Below are positions 1 through 12,800 of a stretch of 64,000 nucleotides of DNA, in pieces. The stretch comes from Podarcis melisellensis (taxonomy: Eukaryota): the NCBI GenBank assembly GCA_964234715.1, contig OZ174281.1; one strand, 5' to 3'. Numbering within the stretch: position 1 is the first letter of the stretch; every line of letters begins with the position of its first letter. The notes below the pieces were generated by a model. It was not told the origin of the DNA. It saw only the letters and a list, made by a program, of their open reading frames with translations, and searched no databases. The position numbers and the translations under genes are program-made.

Positions 1-179
1 TGAAGAAAACTTTATGAAAATAAGCATGTATGCAGCAGAAAATATGATTAACATGCAGGACTTCTGATTTCTTTTCTTTTTTTGTCTTTGAGGGGGGCCT
101 AATAAGGTGTAGGAGGGTTTAGAATAAAAGACATATATATACAAAGGGTCTTACTGTTTTTGACCAAAGGTCTATTTTA

Positions 180-312
180 TGAAGAGGCAGCCAACATGGT
201 GTCATTCAGATGCTGTTGGATTCCAACTCCCATTAGCCCCAGCCAGCATGGCCAAGGGTCAGAGATGATGTGAGTTGCAATTCAACAACATGCACCGTGT
301 TTGCTAATCCTG
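180..312. mobile_element. Short degenerate MITE (related copies near 29925-30010, 32573-32620, 49880-50015)
   Basis: CAGATG[C/T]TGTTGGA...CAACTCCC...GAGTTG...CAACAACAT foldback core shared among copies. Confidence 0.55.
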
Positions 313-317
313 AGCTA

Positions 318-540
318 GTTTTATTTATTATATTTATATCCCACCTTTCCTCTAAGGAGCTCCAGGCAGCACACAAGATTCTCCATGATTTATCCTCACA
401 ACAACCCTACAATGTAGGTTAGGTTGAGCGATGGTGACTGGCCCAAGTCGACAAAGTGAGCTTGTTGGCTAAGTAAGTGGGGATTTGAACCCTGATCTCC
501 CAGGTCCCAGTCCAGCATTCTAACCACTACACCACACTAT
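318..540 (-). mobile_element. CORE/MIR-like SINE
   Basis: ATCCTCACAACAACCCT, GACTGGCCCAAG, GGATTTGAACC and TAACCACTACACCACACT. Confidence 0.75.
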
Positions 541-544
541 GCAT

Positions 545-1040
545 CATTCTGTTTGCTATGGACACTAACCAGATGCTTCTTGGAAGCTCACAGCAAGGGC
601 ACAAAGGCAAGAGCCCTCCCTCAATGTTGTTCAGCAAATGCGATTCAGCAAATGCTATTCAGAGTTATATTGCCTCTGAACACAAACGTTCCATGTTGCC
701 ACCATAACCAACAGCCATCGATTGCTTCATCCTCCATGAATCTGTCTGATCTGCTTTTAAAGGCATCTAGGCTAGTGGCCATCACTACTTCTGGAAGCAG
801 GAATTCAACAAATCATGCATTGTATAAAATGGTATCTCCTTTTTCTATGTCCTCAAACTACTGCCTGTGAGTCTCATGGGATGATCCCAAAGCTCCAGAT
901 GTATGAGAAGGGGGGGGGGAACTTCTCTGTATCCACTTTCCCCCCACCTCACTTTGTTCTAAACTGTAAAAGCCACAAATATTTCATCCTCTTCTTCCAA
1001 GCCCCTGATCATTTGGGCTGCCCTTCTCTGCACCCTTTTG
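545..1040 (-). mobile_element. Old CR1-like LINE fragment
   Basis: Similar to 4670-4960 (TAAAGCTATCTAAGCTGGTGGCCAT segment), with decayed CR1 3' sequence. Confidence 0.55.
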
Positions 1041-1241
1041 TTATCTGAACTGAACTAGTATTTGTTTCCTGGAACGATTATATTGGAGAACATTAATCTG
1101 ACCAGGGAGTGTGTGTGTGCCACAGTCTTCTTTCAGGTGTGTATGTGACTGTAAACCACAAGTCAGGAGAGGGCTTGAGGGATCTACTTTATGTTTTACT
1201 AGACCCAGATAGCCACTGATTGGAGTCAAGGACAAATGACA

Positions 1242-1341
1242 TGTTGTTGTTGTTTAGTCGTGACCAACTCTTTGTGACCCCATGGACCAGAGCACGCCAG
1301 GCACTCCTGACTTCAACTGCCTCCCACAGTTTGGTCAAACT
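1242..1341 (-). mobile_element. BovB (RTE) LINE 3' fragment
   Basis: Minus strand reads GCCTGGCGTGCTCTGGTCCATGGGGTCAC...ACGACTAAAC(AAC)n, the BovB 3' end. Confidence 0.8.
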
Positions 1342-2071
1342 TTGAATTAAAAGTACTAAGTGTGGTATTCAACTAAATAACTGCAAGTGGCACAGGTTCC
1401 ACTTGCCCAATGGGATTTCCTTTCCTCTCCTCCCCCTGTGCTCTCCCAAAATCTGCTTGAGAGGATTGGGGAAATCCCCAGAACAGATTTAAGGGGTGAG
1501 CAGTGGGAGGAAAGAGGCTGAACCTTCTGCTGTGCAAGGAGAAATTCTGCCACTAATGGAATATTCCGTTTAGCACTGTTTTGAGTACAGCCCATGGGGC
1601 CTTTGAACACAGGGACTTCTACTGAGTGACAGATCTGCGTTTTGCTCACAGTTCTTCCATAAGCAAAATTTATTTCTGGTTACCCCAAGTTTTCTTCACT
1701 TCAGCAGCTTAATTTGGTGTGGATGTGCCATTTTGTTGTTGCTACTGTCAAACAACTGGGAGCCAGACATCTTTGGTGATCTGCTGCAAATCACCTAAAG
1801 ATCCATCAGTACATTCCAGGCTATATTCTTCTCACCCCTATCATATGTGGCTCCATCTTTGGAATGGTCGTGGTTCAGTGGGAGAGAACAGGTTTTGCAT
1901 GAAAAGCTTCTAGGTTCATCCCCAGCCTTCTTCGTAAGGCTTGGGGACCACCTGTGCAGAGCTGCTGCCTGTCAGTGTCAACAACACTGAGCTAGATGAG
2001 CCAATGACTTGGGGCTTTCTTTTGCATTTGGAAGGTTGCCAGAGGTTATTGAAAAGCTTAGGGTGGCTTAC

Positions 2072-2372
2072 CTTGCATTTTCTCCATATTGCCGGGTTTG
2101 TGAAACTGTTTTACTAATTGGCATCTTACTGCATGCCTCATTTAGGTTTTAAGTCCTAAGAACTTCTAATGATGTTACCAAGGGCATGTCTTTGTAGCTT
2201 CTGTGATGAAAGGTTTCCAAGCTCATCACCAATTAGTAACTAGAAACAGCCATACTCCTAAACTGATGTGGCCATTAATTCAAATATTCCTATATTCCAG
2301 GTGAAGGTTGTTGGATATTCACCAGCAGACCAATAGCTATGAATGCTGTGAACAATGACATTTAGATTCTAC
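2072..2372 (-). other. Candidate host-gene exon, possibly 5' UTR plus coding start
   Basis: Acceptor cctcttttcag and donor CAAG|gtaagc. ATGs at 2124 (MPISKTVSQTRQYGENA, phase 2) and 2141 (phase 1) run open into the donor. Confidence 0.3.
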
Positions 2373-2885
2373 CTGAAAAGAGGTTCATTTTTTGTGCGGC
2401 AAAAAGGGTAGTTTCTAGAAAAGGCACGGCTGTCATACTCTAATAGTTCTTGATATGGGGTCCACTGGGATAGCTATTTTATTTTCTCTTGGTTGGGTGA
2501 AGACTTGCCCCTCCACAAGTGGAAGGGCTCCTTCCATTTATGGAAGGAAGCAGAGCCCAAGGTAGACCCATGGGAAGAAGGATGCTCAAATCCTAGCTCC
2601 TTTCTGCCTTTCTTGGATGGCTCTGGGCAAGTCTCATCAGTTGCCCATATGCAAAATGCGAATGCTAAGGATGTCCCTCCCATGGTGAGCTGTGAAAATG
2701 TGTACTATGTGTGAAATGAATTTTATATTACTAATTACTTAAATGCAAATGAGGAGTAAAGTTAATAGCACAAACAGAACATTTGCTAGCTTTATTTCTT
2801 CTTTCAGTTTTGCTGCCTTGTTTTTTCTTTTAATGGTTTGTATTCATTTTATAGTATGAGCCAAAGTGTGGTATAGAAATGAATG

Positions 2886-2925
2886 AAACAAACAAACAAA
2901 CAAACAAATAAACAAACAAACAAAA
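2886..2925. repeat. (AAAC)n microsatellite
   Basis: Read directly from the sequence. Confidence 0.95.
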
Positions 2926-4669
2926 TTGTGTCAAAGAAAAGCACATGTGGAGTGTGTAAGATTTTGAATAGTGCTTTTTATGAATGATTTGGGCGGTGGT
3001 GGGGGCAACGATATATAATTCAACAAGACATAAAGCAACTTCTGCGGATATTCAGTTTCAAAGCAGCTTGATTTGGATAAGAAACTTTCACATGCATAAA
3101 ACCACATAGCGGGCGAGAATACAGTTTCCAAATACTGTAGTCCTCACGAGTGAGTTTTATTTCACAGAATAAGCTGTACGTAGCACTGAGAAGCTGAAGA
3201 TGTGATACAATTTCAGTGTTGGATTTCTTCCATTCACACTTGGTCATCAAAATATGATGGACTGGATTCAGGTCTACCACACATACTTAGAGTAGGCCCA
3301 TTGAAATCAAGAAGATTTATGTTTTAATGCATCTATGCTTAAGTATGACTAAGCATAGACTGGCCCCAACCCCGTGTCATTAGCGTGAAGCAGATGTGAA
3401 CACAACCTTCTTGGTCAAAGTTACGCAGCAGAAAAGGTCTAATTTCTAATATGGCACAGGACTAAATGGGAACTTGTGTACCTTCTTTATTTAAATGAAG
3501 CAGAATATCCTGATGAATTCAACCTCAGAATGAGGATGCAAAAACCTCCTTTTATGCAAATATATTGCTGCTTTTCTTCCATCCCATTCATTTTCCAGGC
3601 ATGAGTCAGGACACACACATTTACTCCTATTTATTTTTCTCCTGCATTTCATTTCTATATTTTGGAAATTGATAAATTACTTAAATTATTTGCTTATCAG
3701 CCTGAGTTTTAAAAATGAGGTGCATTTTTCACGTCTCCTTCTCTACCAAAGGCTTAAATGAATAAATCAATTTTGGACTAATGTATGATTCCGCCTTATC
3801 CAGAATGAATCACTAAAACCGAAACAACATATTAACCTCTTGGAACCAGAGGTTGGGATTAGCATATTAGTATTTAAGCGCTGTGAGTTTCAGTCCCTCA
3901 GACCCTTGGGATTAAACCGTAGAACATTTGTTACCCAGTATGTGTGAAAGCATTGGCTGCACATGTTTACAAGCATATGCAGCAGCATGCGGACTGTATG
4001 CCTACAGAGTCTGGGCCACTGCTCTTCGGCTCTCAACATTCTCAGCCCCAAAACAGTGTTTCCCATACTTTTTGATGCCTTGGGTCTTTACACCACCCTG
4101 AAATAAAAGGAAGTGTAGTTCATGTTTGTCCTAAAAAATTTACATATAGTATTTTTCTAAATTAGCTCCCAGAACAAAGGGCAGGCATTTGGGGGGCTAG
4201 GTCAGTTAGTATCTGGTCTGTACTAGCTCCTTGCACCCTGCTCTTCTTTTTGCCCAATCAGCCAAGGACTCTAATGTAAGAGCATGTAAGAGCATGTTTT
4301 GTAATGTAAGAGCATGTTTTGGGATTTCTCCCATGCTTAGAAGCCTGGAAATATGAAATAAAAACAGATTCACATTGAAATGGGTAACTGGGAAAACAAG
4401 CAACACTGATATCTCTGATACTTTGCTCTAGCTATCCCTGAGTTTCTGGACTTCATAGTTACAAAGAACGACTTGAAAATTAAGGCTGAGGTTTGATGAC
4501 ATCTTAGCAGCTGTAAGGAGGTGCCACGTTGATCAACAAGCCATCAGGGGTTGGAAAGACAAATACAAACTGATACGGTTTTCATCCTTCATTATGATTC
4601 CCATCTCATTTGCAGATAATTTGTATTTTCTTTTAGAACTGGATGCACATACTCCTGGCTATCAAACTG

Positions 4670-4962
4670 TGATGCATTAAGAAAATAATAACAGCCCTGC
4701 TGGATCATGCCAAAGACCCCTTTAGTTCAGAATCCTGTTCTCACAGTAGCCAACCAGAAGTCTATGGGAAACATGCAAGGAGGATCTGAGTGCAACAGTG
4801 ATCTTCATACTTGTGATTTTCAGTAACTGGTATTCAGAGGCATATACAACCTCTGGCAATGGAGGTACAGCATAGCCATTGTGCCTAGTAGCCACTGAAA
4901 GCCATATCCTCCATAGATTTGTTTAATCTTCTTTTAAAGCTATCTAAGCTGGTGGCCATAAC
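4670..4962 (-). mobile_element. Old CR1-like LINE 3' fragment
   Basis: AGCCCTGCTGGATCA...CCTGTTCTCACAGTAGCCAACCAGA CR1-type 3' region, related to 545-1040. Confidence 0.6.
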
Positions 4963-5570
4963 TATATCATTATCCAATCTGACTAAAAAGAAATGGGTAC
5001 TGGAGTTACATCGACTCATGAAGGCAGACGTTTACTGCAATAGAAACAGTGCCGTAAAATCAATATCATTCTCTCAACTAGCACCACAGGGTCTTGTGAA
5101 GAACTACTTTTTCCCCCTGAAGGGAGCAGAGTAGATGCTGATAAAGCTTCTTCTAAATGGACAGTAGCCTCTTATGTTTTGTTTTCACATGTTTATTGAT
5201 ACTCGTTGTAATAATAGGATGGGTACATCAGCTTTCTCTGAGTAAACTGAAATAAGAAATGGAACCCATTTGGCTGTTCCCAGAGGATCATCTTTGTATG
5301 CTATAGATTGTAGATATAAAATCCTTCCATATATAAAGTTGTTTAACACACATAAAACATACATAAAATGAAGATGACCTATTAGCCAAAGCAATATAAC
5401 CCCTCACATCGCAGTAGTACTCAGTCAGACTTAAATTAGTAAATTAGAACAGGATATGAAACAACAACAAAAAGAGGTCCCCCCCCCCCTGTGCTGTGGG
5501 ATGGAATATGATTTTTAGAATAACGGATTATATTTATGGAGGCAAGTCAAATGTTGATAAGGTGACTCAC

Positions 5571-5710
5571 CTTGGCTCTCACAGTCCTGTCACCCTACAG
5601 TTGACTGTCCTTTAATGGCTACAACACAGAGTTGTCTGGCTATACCAGCTGTTTCTGAACATCAATAGGTCTCTATTTAAATCTGCATAGTTAGGTGTGA
5701 AGTTGAGATG
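5571..5710 (-). other. Candidate non-coding host exon
   Basis: Acceptor ctttctattttcgagacag and donor CAAG|gtgagt. Confidence 0.2.
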
Positions 5711-6413
5711 CTGTCTCGAAAATAGAAAGTCTGTGTTGGATTTTCTTGCAATATAGTTTTTTTTAACAAGAAAAGGAATCAGTGAGAAAAGTTAACAAGT
5801 ATAGGAGTGCAATTCTTTAATGTGAGAATGTAATTAAAAGGATTGCATATTCATTACTATAAATATGTGAAAGCTACAACATATAATGTGCTCCCCAGAA
5901 GGGATTTAGATGGACACCTGATACACAGCTGTGCTGGACAGTCCAGCTGTGTGAAGGATTCAGCCCACTCTGCTCCCTTTTCCATTCATATGACACAAAG
6001 GTTAATTGTGAGCTAAGCAGTGATTTCTGGTATCAGCAAATGCAGAAGCAGCATGACTGGCTGCCTGCAGAGTGTCACATAGCTGTCCTCCTGATACTGG
6101 CATCACTGCTACCCACTTGTATGTGGGTGGGCTGTGGAACGTTTGTACTGGCAAAATGGGATACCCTTAGAAAATACAAGGCTTTGAATATGGTGGAATT
6201 TTCAAGGCAGAGAACACACATGCCATACATATCATACCACACCACACCACACCACACAGGGATACCATACAAGAGCACTGTGAGGTCTTATGTTTCAATG
6301 AACACATTTTTTGCTCTTTAACATGGCTTCATGGTACTGATTCAGAACTGACCTCAGAGAAAAAGCAGCTCCCATTGATATTGATCATTTGTTTGTGAAA
6401 TAAGGAAGAGGAA

Positions 6414-7246
6414 TGTTATGGTTAGCCTTTCCCACTCCTGCCCCCCCCCCCGAGTTTTTGGTAAAATGTGATTTAAGATGCCCATGAACACCCCAGGTCC
6501 TGGATCAGTCATGCGAGTCCTGGGAAGTCTGTTGGCCTTCTAGGACAGGCAGTTTTGTGGGCGGGTCCTGGGCTGTTTTAGTGAACCGGTAAATGGCAGG
6601 CCAGATTGCCTGTCTGTTGCCAAATTGGCCAATGGTGGTAGGACTTTGCGGGCGTTCCCTGGGTGTGGGACCAACTGTCCAAGGGTAGCACTTGGCCCCT
6701 CTCCTAGGGCCACGATATACTGTGGGCCTACCAGGCCAATTGGCCTCTATTTTCTTTGCTGGTGGGAATTTCCCCATTTTGCAAATTGGCACCAGCCAAC
6801 TGGTTTTCGCCAACCTCATAGCAATTGTCACAACTTTGTGAGGCAGACAGGCATTGGGTAAGTTTAGATCTTGGATGGAGGGGAGATTGTAGCCTCTGCC
6901 TGACTCTTCACAAGTAAGGGTATCCTGTTAAAAGGATCTGGGAGGAGTGGCTACTGTCCGACGCTGAGACAGAGGCTAGGCCATACCACTCCTCCAACAG
7001 GGACCATTTGGGGGATGCCCCAATTTGATATAGGTCATAGAGCATCTCTTCCAGTTGGCTTTACCCTTAGATACACTGCCAGCAGAGGGGCTGGAGTGGT
7101 ATTCGGGTGGCTTATCCCAATGCCCATGGCCAAAACCTTCACATCTGTAACCAATAAAACTGTGGCCTTATTTAATCCCATAAAACCAAAATACCGTGTA
7201 TTGTCTAGTTTTTTTAATCCCTGGAGAATGTCATGGGGCCTTGACA
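6414..7246 (+). mobile_element. Probable solo LTR (ERV or Gypsy type)
   Basis: GC-richer 833-bp block bounded by TGTTA...TGACA, with AATAAA about 90 nt before the 3' end and CCAAT-like repeats. No clean TSD. Confidence 0.55.
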
Positions 7247-9409
7247 TGTAAATATATGCACATCATGACATCTCTAGCAAAGAACACCATGCTTTCAATA
7301 TTTGCCTGCTACCAGTTATCAAGTGCTGAACAGTCAAGTGATGATGAATAAAGTTGTATGAATGTTTGCTCAAAAGTATGTTCCACTATGTTCAATGGGG
7401 CATTCTCACTAGAAAATGGGCTCAAGATTGCAGGTTAACCATGTATGAATGAACCGCTCAGAGTGGCTGGGGCAACCCAGTCAGATGGGTGGGGTACAAA
7501 TAATAAAATTATTCATATTATTAATAATAGACTAGATGTATATGACAGACAAGAACATACGCTTCTGAACATTTGGTTAGTTCATTGTCTACTCAGTGCT
7601 TTTTGAAATCTGTGGGAAGTAAGTGTTCAGATTACCAGATCAAATACTTTGGCATGATCCACAAGGGCAACATGTGATCGTAAGACAATATATGCACAGT
7701 TTTATTCCTATTGTTGGTTTATGCCTAGATACATTCAGAGCAGAGTATAAATTTCAGATTCCAAACAGAGTAGGCGTGCTTGCAAAGTTGCACATGAGAA
7801 AATCATTCAGATTTGCACTTTTGGGACACTAAACAGGAAATTGCCCAGGCTGATCATTTAAGGGAAGCTCACAGTAGCCGTTCAATTCATAATGAGCAAG
7901 AATGCCTAATGTGTCAGACAAACCAAAAATGAGCTGTTGCCCTGATTTTTATAATCTTATTACAGAGCTGCAGAATTTAATGGCACTTTATGATCGATAC
8001 AAACACAAGCCACATTTTGTAACCATAAAACACTGTGTGTCACACATCCTGGAGTGGCAGGAATTGATTTCAGCACAGGAAGCAAAAGGTTCTTTCAGAA
8101 AACCACCACCCACAAAATAAATTAAAACTAAACATTTATCTTAAAAAAATTATTCTATGTCATGTGATACGAAAGAGGCGGATGAGGTATCTGAACTGGA
8201 TATGAGCCAAAACTGATTTTGGGGGGTGTTTTATAGGGGAAAACCCCATAGTAGTTGCTCCTTTTTTGAATAAACAAGTATTCATTTTGGAAAATAGGAA
8301 GCTGCATCATAGTGAGTCAGATCATTGGTCTATCTAGCTCAGCATTATCTACACAGACTGGCAGCAGTTACCCAGGGTTTCAGAGAACTTCCCCCAAACG
8401 TTACCTGGAGATGCCAGAGACCTCAAGTTCAGACCTTCTGCATGCAAACTAAATGCTTTGCCACTGGGCTACAGTCCCACCTTTACTTATCAAGAAAGCA
8501 ATTGTTAGGGGGAGAGGCCTGAAAAACAGGGAGGATTTATAATTCCCCTGCAATGTTGTCCACGGTGCTCAACTCCATATTGCATATGGTGTGGTGCTGA
8601 AAAGTGGCTGACACCCAGCCTTGCCATGTAGCGCAGTACTTTTATACTGCAGACAATGTGGACATTTACCCTGTATGGACTCCCTAGACTTATTACAGCT
8701 ACAGCTACAGCTACAGAACCTACAGTATGGCCTTGTATCAAGCTATCCTTGCCATACAATAAGCCACGGTTTACCTGTACTCCCTGTTGCAGCAATCCAA
8801 TCCCCTTCTGCAAGATACCTGTACCTCTCAACCCACCCTCTTTCCTTGTCCTCACAAGCTGCTTCTCTTCCTCAGGCTTTCTGCGTGGGCTGGCTGGTTT
8901 ATCCTGCCAACATGACATTTCACCTGACCTCTTGGCCTGTACCTGCAACTGTGTCTGTAATTAGTCCCGGCAGTTAATCCTCTTGCTGCGTTGCCAGATC
9001 ACTTTCGGCCTGAACTTTAAAAACAGGTGCTGATCTTGCACAGAACCACACAGTGTCCTGAGTTTCAGAACTCCCTTTGGGGAGAAATATAAATCCTGAA
9101 ATAGAACTCCGAGAGCAACCACGTAGCAGCAAGGAGGCATTTAGGGGTATGCTCTGTTTGGTGTTATCATTAGAAACCACAGCTAAGGAAACTGTCCGGA
9201 ATTAGTTCAGATGGTTTCCATGCCTGGGTTATGCTTCATTTTATTATAACAGATATTCTCAGCAACAACATTTTAGGTGGGAAAAGAAATCATTGCCAGC
9301 TAGGTTGTTTCATACATTTCGTGGCAGCAAACCTTAGTTTGTAACTGGGTTCACAGGGATTGTAATTGACAGGGATTCGCAGCCAATCCTGGCTCCCTGA
9401 TGAGGCCAC

Positions 9410-9674
9410 TGTTATGTAGTGTAGTTTCACCCTGGGCCAACAGGGGGATACTGTATATAGTTTTCACTCAGGTCTGTAGATAGTTTTCACTCAGGTCCGC
9501 GGCAGTTATTTTAGGCGGGAACTCTGGGCTGTGGTTGTTACAATGTTGACAGCCGGCTGCCTATAAAAGCAGGCCGGCTGAGCTGTTTGCAGTCAGTTCT
9601 ATTCCAGCTTACAAAATAAAGAGCTACTTGAAGAAATCGCTGTGCCGGCTGCTATGTCAACCCACAACTTAATA
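9410..9674 (+). repeat. 5' LTR of Gypsy element
   Basis: Starts TGTTATG and ends CTTAATA. TATAAAA at 9562-9568, AATAAA near 9615, internal ~23-bp tandem duplication (ATAGTTTTCACTCAGGTC x2). Confidence 0.96.
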
Positions 9675-9675
9675 C

Positions 9676-9693
9676 TGGCGACGAAGGTGGGAT
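9676..9693 (+). promoter_or_regulatory. Primer binding site, complementary to tRNA-Ser(GCU) 3' end
   Basis: TGGCGACGAAGGTGGGAT one base after the LTR. It is the reverse complement of a vertebrate tRNA-Ser(GCU)-type 3' end (...ATCCCACCTTCGTCG-CCA), recalled rather than searched. Confidence 0.8.
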
Positions 9694-9730
9694 GGATGGA
9701 CATCAGAGCACAGCCAGATGCGGCCAGCCT

Positions 9731-9798
9731 CTGAACTGAGCTGAATCACTGAGCTGAATCACAGAGCGAAATCACTGAGCGAAATCACTGGGCAGAAC
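9731..9798 (+). repeat. Degenerate ~14-bp tandem repeat in Gypsy 5' leader
   Basis: (CTGAGCTGAATCA / CTGAGCGAAATCA)-type unit repeated about 4-5 times. Confidence 0.8.
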
Positions 9799-9869
9799 CA
9801 ATTCAGAGCTGACTGTTCTGGCTAGAGCACTGTGTTCCATCCATCGCCCTTCACGCCGGCATCGGAATC

Positions 9870-12800
9870 ATGGCTTCACTTGTGCCTCTACTGCCGTTTG
9901 CGCCAGCCTCTGAATCATGGGACTCCTACCTCGCTCGGTTCGACTGCTACCTCCAAGCCAACGAGCTGACAGCAGTATCAAAGGATCGGAAGCAGGGCCT
10001 ATTCCTCAGCCTCTGTGGGCCTGAGGTGTTTGAGACGGCCCGAGCATTGGTTGCGCCTGAAGCAGTCCAGGCAACACCATGGGACACGATCCAAGAGAAG
10101 CTCCGCAACCACTATGCACCAAAGCCGTCCAAGATTGCTGCCCGCCATGCGTTCTACCACCGGAACCAGGCAGAGGGGGAGTCAATCAACAACTACACCA
10201 CCGCCCTGCGACAGGCTGCAATGCACTGTGAGTTCCGAGACTTAGACGATGCCCTGATGGATCGAATCGTCTGCGGGGTCCGGGACATCCATCTGCAACG
10301 GCGTCTCCTAGCCAAGCCAGACCTCACGCTACAGAAAGCCATTGAGGAGGCTGTGGCCTCAGAAGCTGCTGAACGCTCCGCCCAGGAGATCCGCAAGTCC
10401 AGCAGCCCGCGTCTTGCTAGGGAGCCAGTTCCGGTGCATCATGAAGAGGCCAGCAGTGATGAGGCATCCTCCAGTGAAGACGATGATGTGCACCAGACAA
10501 AGCGGGAGCGCAGGAAGTTCCAACAGAAGTCCAAGGGCCAACCGGAATGTGCCGGCTGCGGAGGCAACCATTCCCGTGCCAAGTGTCGATTCAGAGACGC
10601 CATCTGTAGGAAGTGTTCCAGAAGGGGCCACATCGCTAAGGTCTGCCGATCGGCTCCGTCTGACACCCCCCCTTCATCGACTCGCAAGTCCAAGTCTTCA
10701 CTCCAGTCTGCCAAGGAAAGTTGTTTCGCTCTCACCAACTGCCGCTGCCCGTCTGGAACCACGATTGGCCAAACCGACTCGCCTACGCGACGCAAGCTGA
10801 ACGTCACGGTGCTCATTGAAGGAGCTCCATGTGACATGGAGATCGACACCGGGTCTGCCCTGTCCATCGTGTCATGGAGCACCATCAAAAGACTGGTACC
10901 CAGAGTGTCCAAGAGGCAACTCAACTCTCACCGCGTACACCTGAGAGACTACCAGGGAAACGACATTCCCGTGGTAGGCGTTGGCCGGTTCCGGATCGCC
11001 TTCAAGGATTTTTCGGGCCTGCTCCGGTTGGTGGTGGTCGAAGGTCAGCGGCCAAGCCTCCTAGGGCTAGACTGGTTTGATGCCCTCGGCCTGGAAGTCA
11101 CCGGCATCAACTGCATCTCTAACGCAGAGACTGAGCGTCTGGTCAAAGACTTTGCCGAGGTTTTTGACGGCACATTGGGGCAATATACAGGTACGCCCAT
11201 CTCCTTTAGCCTTGATCCACAAGCCGCCCCCATCAAGCTAAAGCCACGCCGGGTTCCCTTTGCTCTCAAGGCTAAGGTGGACGAACAACTGGACAAACTG
11301 ATTGCCCAAGGAGTTTTGGAGCCGGTTGCCCACGCCAAGTGGGAAACCCCCATCGTCACGCCTGTCAAGCCAGACGGGTCGGTGAGAATCTGCGCTGACT
11401 ACAAGTGCACGATCAACAAGGCACTTCAGCAGCACGCTTATCCGGTTCCTGTTGTCCAACACCTGCTGCATTCCCTGGGTGAGGGTAAGGTCTTCGCTAA
11501 GCTGGACCTTGCCCAAGCATATCAACAACTGCCAGTTGATGATGCCACTGCTGAAGCCCAGACGATCGTCACCCACCGGGGGGCATTCCGTTGCCGCCGG
11601 TTGCAGTTCGGGGTGAGTGTGGCTCCTGGAATCTTCCAAAGCCTTATGGAGCGTCTCCTGCAAGGGCTTCCGGGCGTGGTACCATATTTTGATGACGTCT
11701 TGGTGTCTGCAGACTCACACCAGCAGCTGTTCGAGCGCCTCCGTGCCGTGCTGACCAGGTTCCAAGAGGCCGGGCTCAAGGTAAAGAGGGAGAAGTGCCA
11801 GATCGCCGTTCCACAGGTAGAGTTCCTGGGCTATCTTATCGATGCCTCCGGCCTTCACCCAACCACATCCAAGATCCGCGCTATCCAGCAGGCCCCCACC
11901 CCAAAGAACAAAACGGAGTTGCAGGCATTCCTGGGGCTGCTGAACTTTTATAACATGTTCCTGCCCCACAAAGCCACAGTGGCTGAGCCTCTTCACCGAC
12001 TCCTTAGCACTAAGACGCCTTGGGCCTGGGGTCATCGGGAGACGGCGGCCTTCAACGCGGTCAAGGCTCTCCTTTCTTCAGACAGTGTGCTGGTACAGTA
12101 CAGTGAATCCAGGCCGCTGGTCCTTGCCTGCGACGCCTCACCTTTTGGCATCGGTGCTGTCCTTAGTCACCGTTTTCCAGATGGAAGAGAAGCACCGCTC
12201 GCCTACTTTTCCAGGACACTATCTCCAACGGAACGGAATTACAGCCAGCTCGACAAGGAGGCATTGGCACTTGTGGCTGGAGTGAAGAGGTTCCATGAAT
12301 ACCTCTATGGCAGGACTTTTGACCTCATCACTGACCACAAGCCACTCCTGGGCCTCCTCGCCGGTGATCGTCCAACTCCACCGGTCCTCTCGCCACGCAT
12401 GCTGCGATGGACTGTTTTCCTGGCTGCCTACCACTACCGGCTCATCCATCGCCCGGGGAAATCGATGGGCCATGCCGACGCCCTCAGCCGTTGCCCTCTT
12501 CCAGCATTTGTGGAAGACCCGGCTCCAGCTTCATCGCTCCTTCTGATTGAGGATCTTCCGGCAGCGCCTGTATCAGCTACCACTGTGGCCTCCGCGTCTG
12601 CCCAGGATCGCACCATCAGCCGGGTGCTCAACTGGGTGTGGAGGGGGTGGCCACAAGGGCCTTTTGCATCGGAGTTCCAGCCCTTCGCAACCAGACAACA
12701 TGAACTCTCAGCTCATCGCGGCTGTCTGCTGTGGGGAGACCGCGTCGTGATTCCCCAGGGACTCCGTCAGCGCGTCCTGGAGGCTCTGCACGTTGGCCAC

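Noticed and set aside
4085-4112. Minus-strand 6-nt microexon-like pattern (tttcag GGTGGT gtaaag)
   Set aside because: Weak donor and no UGC or branch-point support.
8505-9180. 147-aa and 68-aa minus-strand ORFs as host coding exons
   Set aside because: No recognisable domain, overlapping ORFs on both strands, and no convincing in-frame splice pair.
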